DNA from: Octopus sinensis
Taxonomy: Eukaryota
NCBI RefSeq assembly: GCF_006345805.1
Contig: NC_043007.1
Span: 54,994,001-55,058,000, forward strand
Reading direction: 5' to 3'
DNA length: 64,000 bases
The position numbers and the translations under genes are program-made. Positions 1 through 11,860 of this stretch are shown here, piece after piece. Positions within the stretch are counted from its first letter, which is position 1, and the number at the start of each line of letters is the position of its first letter. The notes below the pieces were generated by a model. That model worked only from the letters and a program-made list of their open reading frames with translations, was not told the origin of the DNA and searched no databases.

Positions 1-914
1 ATTTGACTGGGGACGGCATTGTCGATAAATAAACATTAGATAAATAGGTTTGAAAATCAGAAAAATCAGAGGGAATATCATTATTGATAGCTAATATAAC
101 ACCGTAGCTGAGTAAAGAGGTTCTGTTAATCGTGAGCTAGCAAATGGGTTTGTATGAATCGGGAGACAATACTAAACGAAAAATTGAAAAATTGAAAAAT
201 CAGAGTGGCTATGAACCTGGAGACAAGTCTAAACGAAAAAAAAAAAAAATGTTTGAGCTAGACAGGGTAATGAGGGAATACTGAAAGAATGAGTGACAAT
301 ACAATGAGATGGAAATTGAAGAATAGAGAAAGAATAAGGATAAGTGCAAGAAAGAAGGTAGTCGTAGCGAGGTTGGACGATTCACTTAACTTTTAGCCAT
401 TCATGATCTGTGCGTATTCTTTAGATATTTTGAAGCGAGTGGGGTTAACGATAAATGCGATGGCTCTTTTATGTATGGCGATGATGGTTTTGGGGAGGGG
501 GGGGCATAGAGGACCATGGCGATGATGGTTATGGGAAGGGGGGACATAGCGAGAGAGAGATACGGTTAGTTAGAGAGAGAGGTCAAGGGACACGTGACAA
601 TAAGCGGTGTGAGGGAATTTGACTGAGCCAAATAATTTAAGTTAGTATGGGAATTTGAAAGTAGGAAAAAATATCATCAACAAAGGGAGATAGAGAGCTA
701 GAAGTGAAGGTAAACAAGGATGGGCAATGTGTTGCTGTGGTTAGGAAAAATAAAAGAAACAACAAAATATCACAGAGAGGGAGAGAGCGAGAGAGAGATA
801 GAGAACAACAAAAATATTACTGAGAGAGGGGGAATGAGAGAGAGGTATAAGGAGAAAGATTACAATATAGAAATTTACACATTTCAAAAAAAAAGGTAAA
901 TAATAATAATAATA

Positions 915-1435
915 AATGCCCTGATACAGTACCAGGCAGTGGCTCTCATGGCTTCTGACCTTAACTGATGGATAGCATTATCATGTACATGTTTTGTCTT
1001 GGTATAAAAGATGGGCCACAGCAAATATTCTGCTCAATATCACAGATTTGCTTGTCAGTTGTTTGACCATAACCAGTTGAGCATGCCCCTTGGTGGCTGA
1101 TGATATGTGCATCTCAGATCACAAGTAGCCATGTGTTGAGAGGAATTCTTTGAGGTTTGAATAATTCCCCTCTGGAAACATGGGTATCTTCAAGAAAACC
1201 CACTCACCACAACAAAATTGATGTCCTAAAATCAAGGTGTCAAATAAAAAGCACTAGTAATGGTGCCATGTAAAAAGCACCCTATATACTTGATATTAGG
1301 AAGGGCATCCAACTGAAGAAATCAAGCCAAAACAGACTATGAAACCTGGTGCAGCCCCTGGCTGTGCCAGCTTCTGTGAAGATGTCCAACCCATGCCAAC
1401 ATGAAAAACAGACATTAAATGATGATGATGATAAT
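915..1435 (+). repeat. Interspersed repeat fragments ending in a SINE/LINE-like 3' tail with (GAT)n
   Basis: Tail AGGAAGGGCATCC...CAACCCATGCCAACATGAAAAACAGACATTAAATGATGATGATGAT resembles 3' ends of RTE-mobilised elements; preceded by (TAA)n at ~899-914. Confidence 0.45.
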
Positions 1436-1449
1436 GATTCCAGCAAATG

Positions 1450-2625
1450 AAGCTGGCATACCAGCTAGAGGCTACAGATAACAAATGCACGGAGAATGGA
1501 AGGGGATAGAACTGTTTGGAATTATAAAACAGAGACTATGTAATCAAGCAAAAGCAGTATAGAAGAATGGATGGTTGTTAGAGTTGGAATTAGAAGCACA
1601 TGAAAAATGAAAGTGACATAATGGAAGAAATAGATAATTTCTCACAAGAATATGTTATTGTGAGTGGTGAAAGAATTGAGATCAGAAAACAAATGAATGA
1701 TGAAGATCAGATGATAAAGAGCAGGATTTTGGATCTATTAGGTGCAGAAGAGATTGAATTTATGTGTGACTTCAAGAAGGCTGATCAATGGAGACTAAAT
1801 CAAGAAACAAGTAAAGTCAATAATATATTAAAACAGAGAACATTTTACAAACAAACTAAGCAAGGTTGCAAGAAAAATTGAAGAAGTATGGTGTTGATAC
1901 AAAAGGACTGAAAGTTATGATTGAAGAGCTGAAGCAGTGCATACTTGCCAACAAAGTAAAACTAAGTTTGAGCAACAGATTAAACAATACTAGCAAAACC
2001 AATTGTTTGGAATTGACCAAAAAAGCTTTTATCAAGAAATTAATGATGATTTAGCATGCAAAAGATTAGTTCCTGTTGTAGATGAAACTTGACAGCTTTG
2101 GAGTGAGGTATAAATTAAGCAAGAACAACTTAGTACTTAGTACTAGAGCAGAATGGTTCTGCAGTCTGAAGTAAGCAGCTTCTTATTCCCAGCAAGAAGC
2201 TATCCTCTTTACTGAGGACAGTATAAAAAGTATGAGCAAAATGATGAGCAATTGGAAAGCAGTAGGACCTGATGGTGTTCAGCGGGATTTTGGATAAAAA
2301 AAGTCCAGTAGGTGTTATAAATTGATTGCAGAACAATTTAATACATTGATTGATAGAACAAAAGAAATTCCATGGTGGTTGACCAAAGGACAAATGGTGT
2401 TGTGCTTGAAGGATGTATCAAAAGGAAATGCTGCTGACAATTACAGGCCAATTTCTTGCTTTTCATTATTGTGAAAGTTACTGTCAGGATAGATTGCAGA
2501 AGAAATGTACAAATTTCATGATGATAATGACATTTTACCTATAGGGCAAAAAAGCTGTCGGAGGAAATGCACAGGTACCAAAGGCCAATTATTGATAGAT
2601 AAAATAGTAATGTAAGATTGTAAGT
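1450..2625 (+). mobile_element. Decayed R4/Dong-like (REL-class) non-LTR retrotransposon, N-terminal region and start of RT
   Basis: Frameshifted peptides KKYGVDTKGLKVMIEELKQ, NWKAVGPDG, GNAADNYRPISCF and [20 protein letters not shown]; homologous to the element at 11.9-14.7 kb. Confidence 0.8.
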
Positions 2626-2955
2626 AGTTTTAGTGTTGTGCCAAGTGCACTAGGAATAATTATTGTCATAGTCTTTCAGTCTCTTCATCTCTCTGGTTAA
2701 GTCCTGAATTTTTTTCAATTTCTTTGGTATCCACTGTGTTATATTGTATTGCAAAATCTATGGTCTTACACTGTTTGTTTCTTTTGTCCTCTATATGAGA
2801 AAATCCCATAAAATCCTGTAATTCTTATTCCTTATCACAATCTCTGGCTCATGTCCATACCAGTTTTCAGTTATTTCAAAGCCACACACTTGGCTTACAT
2901 CCCAATGCACTTTGTTACCTGTGCTTACACACTTCTTGTGCTAGCTTATTGCATT
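2626..2955 (-). mobile_element. R4/Dong-like C-terminal zinc knuckle / REL endonuclease fragment, opposite orientation
   Basis: Minus-strand peptides GNKVHWDVSQVCGFEITENWYGHEPEIVIRNKNYRILWDF, CKTIDFAI and SALGTT. Confidence 0.75.
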
Positions 2956-3331
2956 CATCATCATCATTATCACCATCACCATCATTGCTGTTGTTATTAT
3001 TAATACCAATAATAATATTATTAATAACATTTTTATTTCAGGACTGTGATATTTCTAGAAATATTCCTGGAAAAGTAAAATTAGCAGCTCCAAATTTACA
3101 AAAACAGAAGAAACAGAAATAATAGTTCCATTCTGAAGACATTTTGTATGGCATTTATGGGACATACAAGAGATGGATAGATATTAAAAAAAAAAGAAGA
3201 AAACAGCAAAGACCTGTTTACGATTCCAATAAAGGTGCTATTGTTGTGTTGTAAAAACAAATTCAATAAACTGTTGATAATTTTATTTTCTTCAACATTT
3301 GTTAATTAAAAATACCTCCTACATCATTTAA

Positions 3332-3552
3332 CCCTTTAGCATTTAAACCGGCCATATCCGGCCATAAGTATTCTGCCTGTTTTATGTTCAAACTGGCCAG
3401 ATCTGGTCTCTCACACCAACCCTACAATATCGTTTTAAAGATTAACAGCTACCTCATCAAAATCTCATAGCTACAAGATAATGCTTGATTAGTTCAAAAC
3501 AATGTGGATTAAAAAGGATTAACTTTGGCAGAATAATGCGAACACTAAAGGG
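3332..3552. mobile_element. piggyBac-like MITE (221 bp)
   Basis: TTAA (3328-3331) | CCCTTTAG ... CTAAAGGG | TTAA (3553-3556): CCC/GGG termini, terminal inverted repeat (TIR) and TTAA target-site duplication (TSD). Confidence 0.85.
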
Positions 3553-4269
3553 TTAAATAGTGTTATTGTTATTATTGTTTGTTTTATTTCTTTATTTATA
3601 ATTATTGTGTCAAGAAATTGCCTCACCACCACTAACAACAACAAGAATTACAGTATACTGACTAAGTTAGTTTTCTGCCAAGTTACTAACTTGAAGTTTT
3701 TATATTCTATCATTGTATAGTACAGAATAGTACACAGTTCTTGGCAAAGGCATTTATCTGTTAATAGTTCAATCTACTCAGCTGTAAATATATACCACCA
3801 TGTATTGAAGTGTACAGTTTGCCATTATAAAGATTGATGGAAGCTTTATTGTACTGACAAACATTTTATTGTTTAGTCCCAGGTCACTCTTGATTAACAG
3901 ACATGATTAAAGATATTCCAGCCATGACCATGCTATCTTTTCAGACATAATGTATCTTAGATAATGCTTCTCAATGTGTCCTTCCAATTTTTGAAAGACA
4001 GTAGAGTGTTTATTTATTTTCTATCATAATTTTTGAACAATAGCTATATTGATCATAGGTTTCCACTAGTCATTATTTCTATGCACTTCTGATGGCAATC
4101 AAAGTAGTTTTTTTAAATTCAATGTAAAACAAGTTACTTTGTTTGCAAACATTGAGGTTTATGTATGCTTACACACACACACACACATGTAGGCTTCTGC
4201 ACTGTTTTCATTCCCTAAATTCCATTAAAGCTATTTGTCAGTCCTAGGTTTATAAAGTGCCATGCAGTG

Positions 4270-4395
4270 ATCCCAGTGCTTAACTGGTACTTATTTTATT
4301 GACCCTCAAAGTATGGAAGGCAAAGTTCAACCTCAGAATGTAAATTTGGAAGAAATACTGTGAAGCATTTTGTTTGGTGTGCTAACTTTTCTGCC
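4270..4395 (-). mobile_element. tRNA-derived SINE fragment (MetaSINE-like core)
   Basis: CTGGTACTTATTTTATTGACCC...GAAGGCAAAGT motif shared with about 10 other copies in the window. Confidence 0.65.
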
Positions 4396-4547
4396 TTGTA
4401 ATAAGTATAGGTACAAGTTTGTGGGGCAGTGGCTTGTCATTTATATCAACCTCCTAGCAAACAGTGATGTAGCCTCTGGCAAGTAAACATGAAGTTTATG
4501 TATAAATATACTCATGGCTATTTGTCACAGCAATCATGTTAACAAAT

Positions 4548-4551
<4 letters not shown>

Positions 4552-4605
<54 letters not shown>
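4552..4605. repeat. (AG)n microsatellite
   Basis: Direct reading. Confidence 0.95.
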
Positions 4606-4609
<4 letters not shown>

Positions 4610-5109
4610 GAGACTGCAGGTGCAGAGAACTGGTACAAGATTACCTAGGCAATACTGGAAACCCCAACTTAACTGTTCCTGAGAGGTTCACAACCGTGAG
4701 GCATGTCCTTAAAATTTACAAATCGAAAGGCATTGAGAGCAGCCTTTACACAAATAACTCTGACCTTTTTAACAAGTACTCAAGGAAGAGTGGCACTTAG
4801 TAATGCTAGAATGAATTATGTCCTGAAGAGAAGAGAAAACGAACAACTTGTCACTATGCGATTCATTAATAACACAGTGGCTCTAAGGGAAGTAAACCAT
4901 GAAAAATATAAGCGGATATTTTGTGCTCGTGAATAGTAGTAAGCGAGTAATCCAGAGGATTGAAATCTGGCACAGCTTAACTGCCTCATAAAGAGTCTCT
5001 CCGAACTTTAGTTGGTAATTCAACTAGTTGCGTGTTGTACGAGAGTACGACACCTCCTGGCGAGAATGGACTGGACCACTACATAAAAATAGTAGCGGTC
5101 TGAGTAAGT

Positions 5110-6826
5110 GAGGAAGTTCGTACTAGCTTAGACCAATCCAAAGCTTTTGATAGGGAAGACCACTCGTCCTCGACATATATCAACATCAAGTCGGTAGATC
5201 GGGTGAACGGTTTCTTTTCGGAGCCGTTCAATATCGAACGCTCAGTTCGTCAAGGTTGTCCACTCTCGCCTCTGCTGTATGTATTGGCTCTCGAGCCACT
5301 ACTGCGAAGATTGGAGGCGACGAGTGGAGACCCGCAAGATTAAGGGAAAAGAAAACAGCCACAGCGTATGCGGACGATGTCCCTATCCAGGGATCAGGAC
5401 ATACAGAGGGTAGGTGAGGCCCTAATGGATTACGAAGCGGTGACAGGAGCAAGAATTAACCGGGATAAGTCGGTCGGCTTGCAGCTAGGCACCTGGAGAG
5501 GCAAGTCGATCCAACAGCGTCGTCTGACGCTGGACAGATGGTCCGGTGAAAATGCTTGGAGTCTGGTCTGGTCCAGATCTCCAGATAGAGAAGAATTGGA
5601 GCGAGGTTACGAGCAGGGTGGCGTCCATAACTCAGACCTGGTCTAGGCGAAGGCTGTCCCTGAAAGGGAGGGCGGAGGTAGCAAATGTGTTTATCGCATC
5701 TGTCGTTACCTACCGCCTAACCGTCGTATCGTTCCCCGATTCGTGATCAAACAAGTTGGAACGCATTCTCTTTCACTTCTTGTGGGAGGGCAGGCGGCCT
5801 CTTGTAAGGCGCTCTATCTGCTGTCAACAGCCACTAAAGGGTGGGTTAGGGATGCCGTGGCTAAAGATGCACAGGCATTTGCCGAAGTTGAGGCATCTCT
5901 GGCTCTACCTGGACGGTGAACAGGTGAGGTCTCCGTTCGTTGATAAGATATTTCCCAGGTTCACCTCTTTTGGTGAACTGGAATGCTGGATCAAGCGTAG
6001 ACCAAGGCTGGGAGCTTGGCAAGCAGAGTGTCGGCAGGCACTCGTGCTTTTCTCCCAAACGAGGAATGCCGGCGGAGGGGGTAATATCTCGGCGTACTGT
6101 AGAGGGCTGGTAGAGGGCAAATGTGATGACAGCCTGGAGGAGACTCTGGGTTTCGATGAAAGTCAGCTTACCAACCTGCATCGAAGGACTTTCGGCCCGG
6201 GACTCATCGACAACTTCCAGAGGTCCCTGGCTTGGCTATGCTTCCGAAGTGCCTTGTCAGTTCGGGATAAACTTGCGCGGCACGGCGTCACCGTTTCGCC
6301 TACGTGCCCACCTTGCGGGCAGAGCAACGAAACTGTTACGGGTATTGTCACAGCTGGGGAGAGTACAGCTGTCAGCCGAGTCAATTATTAAGGTCGTTCC
6401 GCCGTCTTCTCTAAAAGAAGAGAAATTCTGCTTTCTAGCCGTAATAGCTATAGCGAAAGAGGTGATATGGAAAACGCGTGAAAGAGGTATCGCATCAGGC
6501 ACCTTCGTCTCCGGGCATGCTTTGGTTAACCTCTTTTTATATCACCTTAGAGGGAAAGCACGTCTGGAGAAGAAATACCTGACGTAAAAAAGTACGGAAA
6601 AGATAGAATAAAGTAGCCCGAATGTTGAGTATGTAAGTACCTAATTAAGCGGGGAGTGGGAGGGGTGGAAGGACGAAGTAAACGGTTCAACGTTCATTCT
6701 TTCATTTTCATTCAAAATTATAATGTATTTATTCACTATATGTAATCTCATCCGATAAGTCCCCGACTCCTATTTGTCCCGTGTATTGTCCCCTGCTTGT
6801 TTAACCCTTGTGGTTTGAATAAAATC
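5110..6826 (+). mobile_element. 5'-truncated, decayed L1/Tx1-clade non-LTR retrotransposon (ORF2 RT, C-terminal domain, 3' UTR)
   Basis: LDQSKAFDR (~5129), [13 protein letters not shown] (~5242), AYADDV (~5363), W-RRRLSLKGRA, GGLGMP and CPPCGQSNETV zinc finger; T-rich 3' UTR ending AATAAAA. Confidence 0.9.
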
Positions 6827-8593
6827 ATCGTATTAGTTTCACTTTGTGTTAAAAGGTGTGTTTGTAGTCACTGTGTTAAATTAATTGCAGTATTGTTGAA
6901 TTACTATTTATTCTACTTGTTTTGTGTTGAACAACACTTTGTTTTGCTGCCTTACGGCAGTTTTGTTGGTGTGTTTCCCCTTGTTTGAAGGGGGTAGCAC
7001 TGTTAAAAATGGAGTACGACAATAAGAGTTCTTCTGAGAAAGAATTGCTGAAAGCAATTTCTGTGATAGACAAAAAAGAAGAAAAAATGAATTTTGCGGC
7101 CGTGGCCAAAGGCCACAACAAAGAAATTGATGTAAAGGAACTTGGTAAATACAAGAATATGCTTCGTAGGGAGGGGCTCGACGAAAAGGTGTCCCCTCCC
7201 CAAGAAGTATTACAGAAAACCAAAGAAAAAATAATAATCTATAGAACTTACTCTGTTAAAACCCAAGAAAATCGAATTAATGATTACAATTCAATTTGAA
7301 AAGGCGTTAAAGCCCATCTGGCAAGGAATTTATTACCCTGTCAGAAGGAGAAAGTTTGGAACGGTGGAGGTGCGGTTCGAGATGAAGCTTCTGCCAAGCT
7401 ACACTCGGAAACCGCCTTAAAAGCTGATGAAGTGGTACTACTGCCCATATACTTTGGAAGGTGTGTTTCCAGGGTAAGGTTAGAAGACACTCCTAGAAAT
7501 AAATGTAGCCCGGCTAGTAGCTGCTATACTGCTGGGCATGGAAGAAAAGATAGTGGTCCTCCAAGCCACCAGTACTGCACATCAAAACTAGCAAGGACAG
7601 AGGCTGTATATCGTAATCCAGGTGGCCCCGGAGCACCTAAAAAATATGGTAGAGACCATAACGGTCGAAGAAGCAATAATCAGGTTTAGAGTGAAGGGCA
7701 GGATCCTCGTTGTCACATATGTGACCAAAAAGGCCTCATTAGGATAGAATGTCCTCCACCGCCCGTAAAGTCACAAGAGGCACCCGTGATCGTAAAAGAA
7801 ACTGCACCTCCACCGCCGGCGAGAACCAGCGGAAGAGAGATCAGCACAGAGGAAGAAGGAGAAAATAAAAACCAAAGACAGATGGGAAACTGTAGGAAAG
7901 AAGAGCAAATAGGCACAATCTGTGAATGATAACCCCCACCCAACTTCGACCCAGACCCACACTGCCCCATCCTTCCCCTGCAGACACTAACCCTCACCCT
8001 ACCCCACCTGACACTGACAAATTAACCACAACACAAAAGCCCCAAATTTCCCAACCTGTGAAAAAAAATATTGTGATTTACAATGCAAAACATGCTAAGC
8101 TATCTAAGGAGCGGATAAAGGTAATCCCTGCAGAGTGTGGGGAGATGCCCTCGCACTATCACTGTATGATAGTGGTATCATACAATGATAGTGCGAGGGC
8201 ATCTCCCCACACTCTGCAGGGATTACCTTTATCCGCTCCTTAGATAGCTTAGCTATCCATCAGGACTGGAAGAATACGGGAACAATGTTTTTCACGAAAA
8301 TCGACATCAGGTATATACCAACAACGGTAGGTTACAACGAACTTCTTAAAGACTAATATAAACATTCTATGTGTTTAGTAAGGTTTAACAGTGTTTTAAA
8401 ATAAGTAAATTATCGTGTTTAACAAAGGTAAACGAAGTCACCCGGATGTGGGGTCGAGTGGCTTCATTTCATTTTTCATTTCATTATTTTAATTCATCCT
8501 TTTTCATTCGATTTTTTTGTCTCCACTTTTGTTTTTCTGTCTGTCCTTGTACTGTGCCCTCTATGTTGGCCCCGTGTGCGCAATTAAGAAATA
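6827..8593 (+). mobile_element. Tx1-like ORF1 (gag-like) unit with 5' UTR and its own 3' tail, no ORF2 (HAL1-like candidate), decayed
   Basis: ATG at 7009; frameshifted ORF with degenerate CCHC knuckle CHICDQKGLIRIEC (~7711) and a Pro-rich region; 3' tail resembles that at 6690-6826. Confidence 0.6.
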
Positions 8594-11500
8594 AGTTCGC
8601 GCGTTGATATTTCAAAGTTTACAGTTCGAATTAGCGTGTTGGATTGTTGGTTCTTAAAAGGTTGTTGTTACGTTCCATGTGGTTACTGCCGTTTGTTTCA
8701 ATTATATTGTTATTACACTGTTGCAGTTTATCCTCTGGCGAAGAGGGTCGTTCGAAACTCACATTGGTTATTTGACAATTTCTAAGTCGGAAAACCTATT
8801 AGCCGCAGTAGAACAGCTTCAAGAGAAGCAACAGGAACAAGCACAGGAGTTGTAAAAGCAAATACACCCCCCCCCCCCAATTAATTGAGTTACAGTCGGC
8901 GAAGTTCGACAAATCCAGTAAGCTCGTTTACGCCATTTCTGAATTTACGTATAATCCAGAGGAGGCTATTACGTTTCCCGCTTATTATAGAAGACACAAG
9001 GACATTTTTAACAACGAGTGTAAGTCATGGTCGGAGGAGCAGAAAGTAAGGCTTTTACTATGCAAAGTAGCCCCTGCCGAACATGAGCGTTACTGTAACT
9101 TTATTTTGCTCAAAAAGTCGAGTGAGATTGTTTTCCAAGAAACAGTGGAACTGCTTTCAAACATTTTTTGTGATAAAAGTTCATTATTCAACTCCAGAAT
9201 GGAGTGTTGGGACTTATAAAAAAAAAAAAAATGAGGAGGATGATTTTATCACCTACGCCAGTGTAGTCAACCGTATGTGCGAAAATTTCAAACTCCAGGA
9301 TCTCACTCAGGATATGCTCAAATCATTTATCTTCGTGCAAGGACTTATAACACTTGAAGAAAGAGAAATGCGGGCAAGCATTCTATCGAAAATGGAACAA
9401 GCGAACCAGAATTTATCTTTGCAGACATCGCAGAAGGATGTCAGACAATGGTTAAACATGATGTGAAAACAATACAAGAGGAAGACTCCGTAAAAATTCA
9501 AATGTGTCGTCCCGGGAAGCACAATTAAAGAAAAGGATCTGGCCCCAATCCGTGTTATGGTTGTGGAGGCTTGCACTACACAAAGGATAGTCCGTTTAAA
9601 AACAAAAAGTGCTATTGGTGTCAGAAGCTGGGACACAGGAGTACTCATTGTAGAACAAGACTACGAAGCTCAAACATAAAAAGTTCGAAGGTGTTTTCAG
9701 CAGAGCGTGATTGCAACGGAAAAACAAGAAAATTCGTGCGCGTAAAAATAAATGATGTGAACACTAAATTACAGTTAGACACAGGTAGTGACATCTCGAT
9801 TATAAATGCGGATACTTGGAAAAAAATTGGTAAACTGAGATTACGTAAAACAGCGAAAATACTGCGTGGTGTAACGGGCGATAAATTATATTTGACGGGT
9901 AAAACATGTATCAACGTCACATTTCGAGAAGAGACACGCGAACCAAAATTATTCGTTGTGAATATTACAATCAATCTGTTTGAGTAGATTGGTTAGAACT
10001 ATTCGATTTATGGCACTCCCCCCATAAATCTTTACTGCAATAACATTGTCCTATTAAAAATACGTCTTCGGAAGAACTGAAGAAAATATTGAAAACAATG
10101 TTCCCGCAAGTATTATCAGAGGATTTAGGTCTATGTAGAAAGACGGAAGCCTATTTCCAAGTAAGTGAAAACGCTGTACCTGTACTTAAAGCAAACAGAA
10201 AAGTATCGTTCATGGCAATCGAAGCCGTGAATGAAGAGTTGGACAGATTCGAAAAGAGTGGAGTCACCAAAAAAGGTGGATTACTCGACATGGGCGGCAC
10301 CCATGGTATGTATTAAAAAACCCCAGAAGATTAGGTCGTGTGCTGATTTCTCTACAGGACTGAACAACTGCTTAAAAACATACCACCATCTACTCCCGAC
10401 TGCAGAGGACATTTTTTCAAAGTTAAATGGGGGAAAATTTTTTTCCAAATTTGATCAGTCTGAAGCCTATTTACAGATAAAAGTAAATAAAAAATGCTCA
10501 AAGTATTTGACAATAAATACAGACAGAGGATTGTACAAATACATACGATTACCTTTTGGATTAAAAGTGGCACCAACAGTATTCCAGCAAATCATGGATA
10601 CTATGTTAACTGATTGTGAATTTGCAATCCCGTTCTTGGACGATATTTTGATCAAGAGTAATTCTCGTGAACGGTATGTGGAACACATAAAAGCTGTGTT
10701 TAAGAAAATTAAAGTTTTCGGGTTCACTTTGAGTGAAGAAAAATACGAATTCTTTCTACCCCAAATTAAGTACTTTGGGCAAAAAATTGATAAAAGTGGT
10801 AGACGTCTTGAGGGCAAATGCAATAAAGAATATGCCTGCACCAACAAATATTTCAACTTTACAAGCATTTCTTGGCTGGCAAACTATTACCCAAGCTACA
10901 TTCCTATTATGCACAAGTTAAGAGCTCCATTGAACGATTTATTAAAAAAAGGAGTTAAGTGGAATTGGTCTACTAAATGCCAGAACACTTGAAATAAAAA
11001 AAATTCTAATCTCAAACGTATCGTTAGCACATTATGATACCGAAATGGACATCATTGTAGCATCTGATATTTTCGAGCACAGTTCTACTTCATAAATACG
11101 AAAACAAAAGTACAAAACCAGTGGTTCATGTTTCACGCTCACTAATAGCAGAGAAGAGATATAGTCAAATTGAAAAGGAAACCCTAGCAGTTATTTTTGT
11201 AATTAAAAAATTCACAGGTTTCTGCATGGCAGAAGTTTTTTTATTGCAAATAGACTATAGACCTTTGCTGTCGATTTATGGGTCTAAAAAAGGGTTACCG
11301 ATTCATACTGCGAACTGCTAGCAACGTTCGGAAAAAATCGGTCATGCCGACTCCCTTTCGAGATTAATTCCAAAATATATGGAACCGCTAGAAGAGATTG
11401 TTATAGCCGCACTGCAAGCAGAAAGTGAAATTAAAAGTGTTATGACGAACGTTATCCAAGAGCTACTAGTGACGACCTAAGATATAAAACTGAAAGCTGT

Positions 11501-11860
11501 AGGTGATGAGTATATTATGAATATAAAAGAAGCTTTAAAAAATAAACAATAAAAATTCAGATGCCAGTAGTTTTTTCAATTTGCAACGATATTCTGATAT
11601 ATGCCCAAAGAATGGTGGTTCCAACTACATTACAAAAAGTTGTATTGCAACAATTTCACAGCGGACATCCAAGAATGGCAAGGATGAAAGCTCTGATGAG
11701 GAGTTATGTCTATTGACCATCTATGGACCGAGATATCTAAAACTTAGTGAGAACATGCTGAGGTTGCGCCGGTAAAATATCAGTCGTGGCCAGAGACGGA
11801 GAATCCATGGTCTAGGTTACACATTGACTATGCCGGATCGGTAAACGGCGCTTACTATCT
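8594..11860 (+). mobile_element. Ty3/Gypsy LTR retrotransposon internal region (gag-PR-RT-RNaseH-IN), decayed and truncated in integrase
   Basis: PBS-like TGGCGAAGAGG at 8736; knuckle CYWCQKLGHRSTHC; protease QLDTGSD; RT RLPFGLKVAP and FLDD; RNase H YSQIEKETLA; integrase PWSRLHIDYAG; domain order is Gypsy-type. Confidence 0.93.

Noticed and set aside
1-900. GA-rich segment with a ~41-bp tandem duplication (475-550)
   Set aside because: Probably a repeat remnant, but no motif allowed a family or gene call
4606-5110. 77-aa ORF upstream of the Tx1 RT
   Set aside because: No recognisable domain; cannot be tied to the Tx1 element
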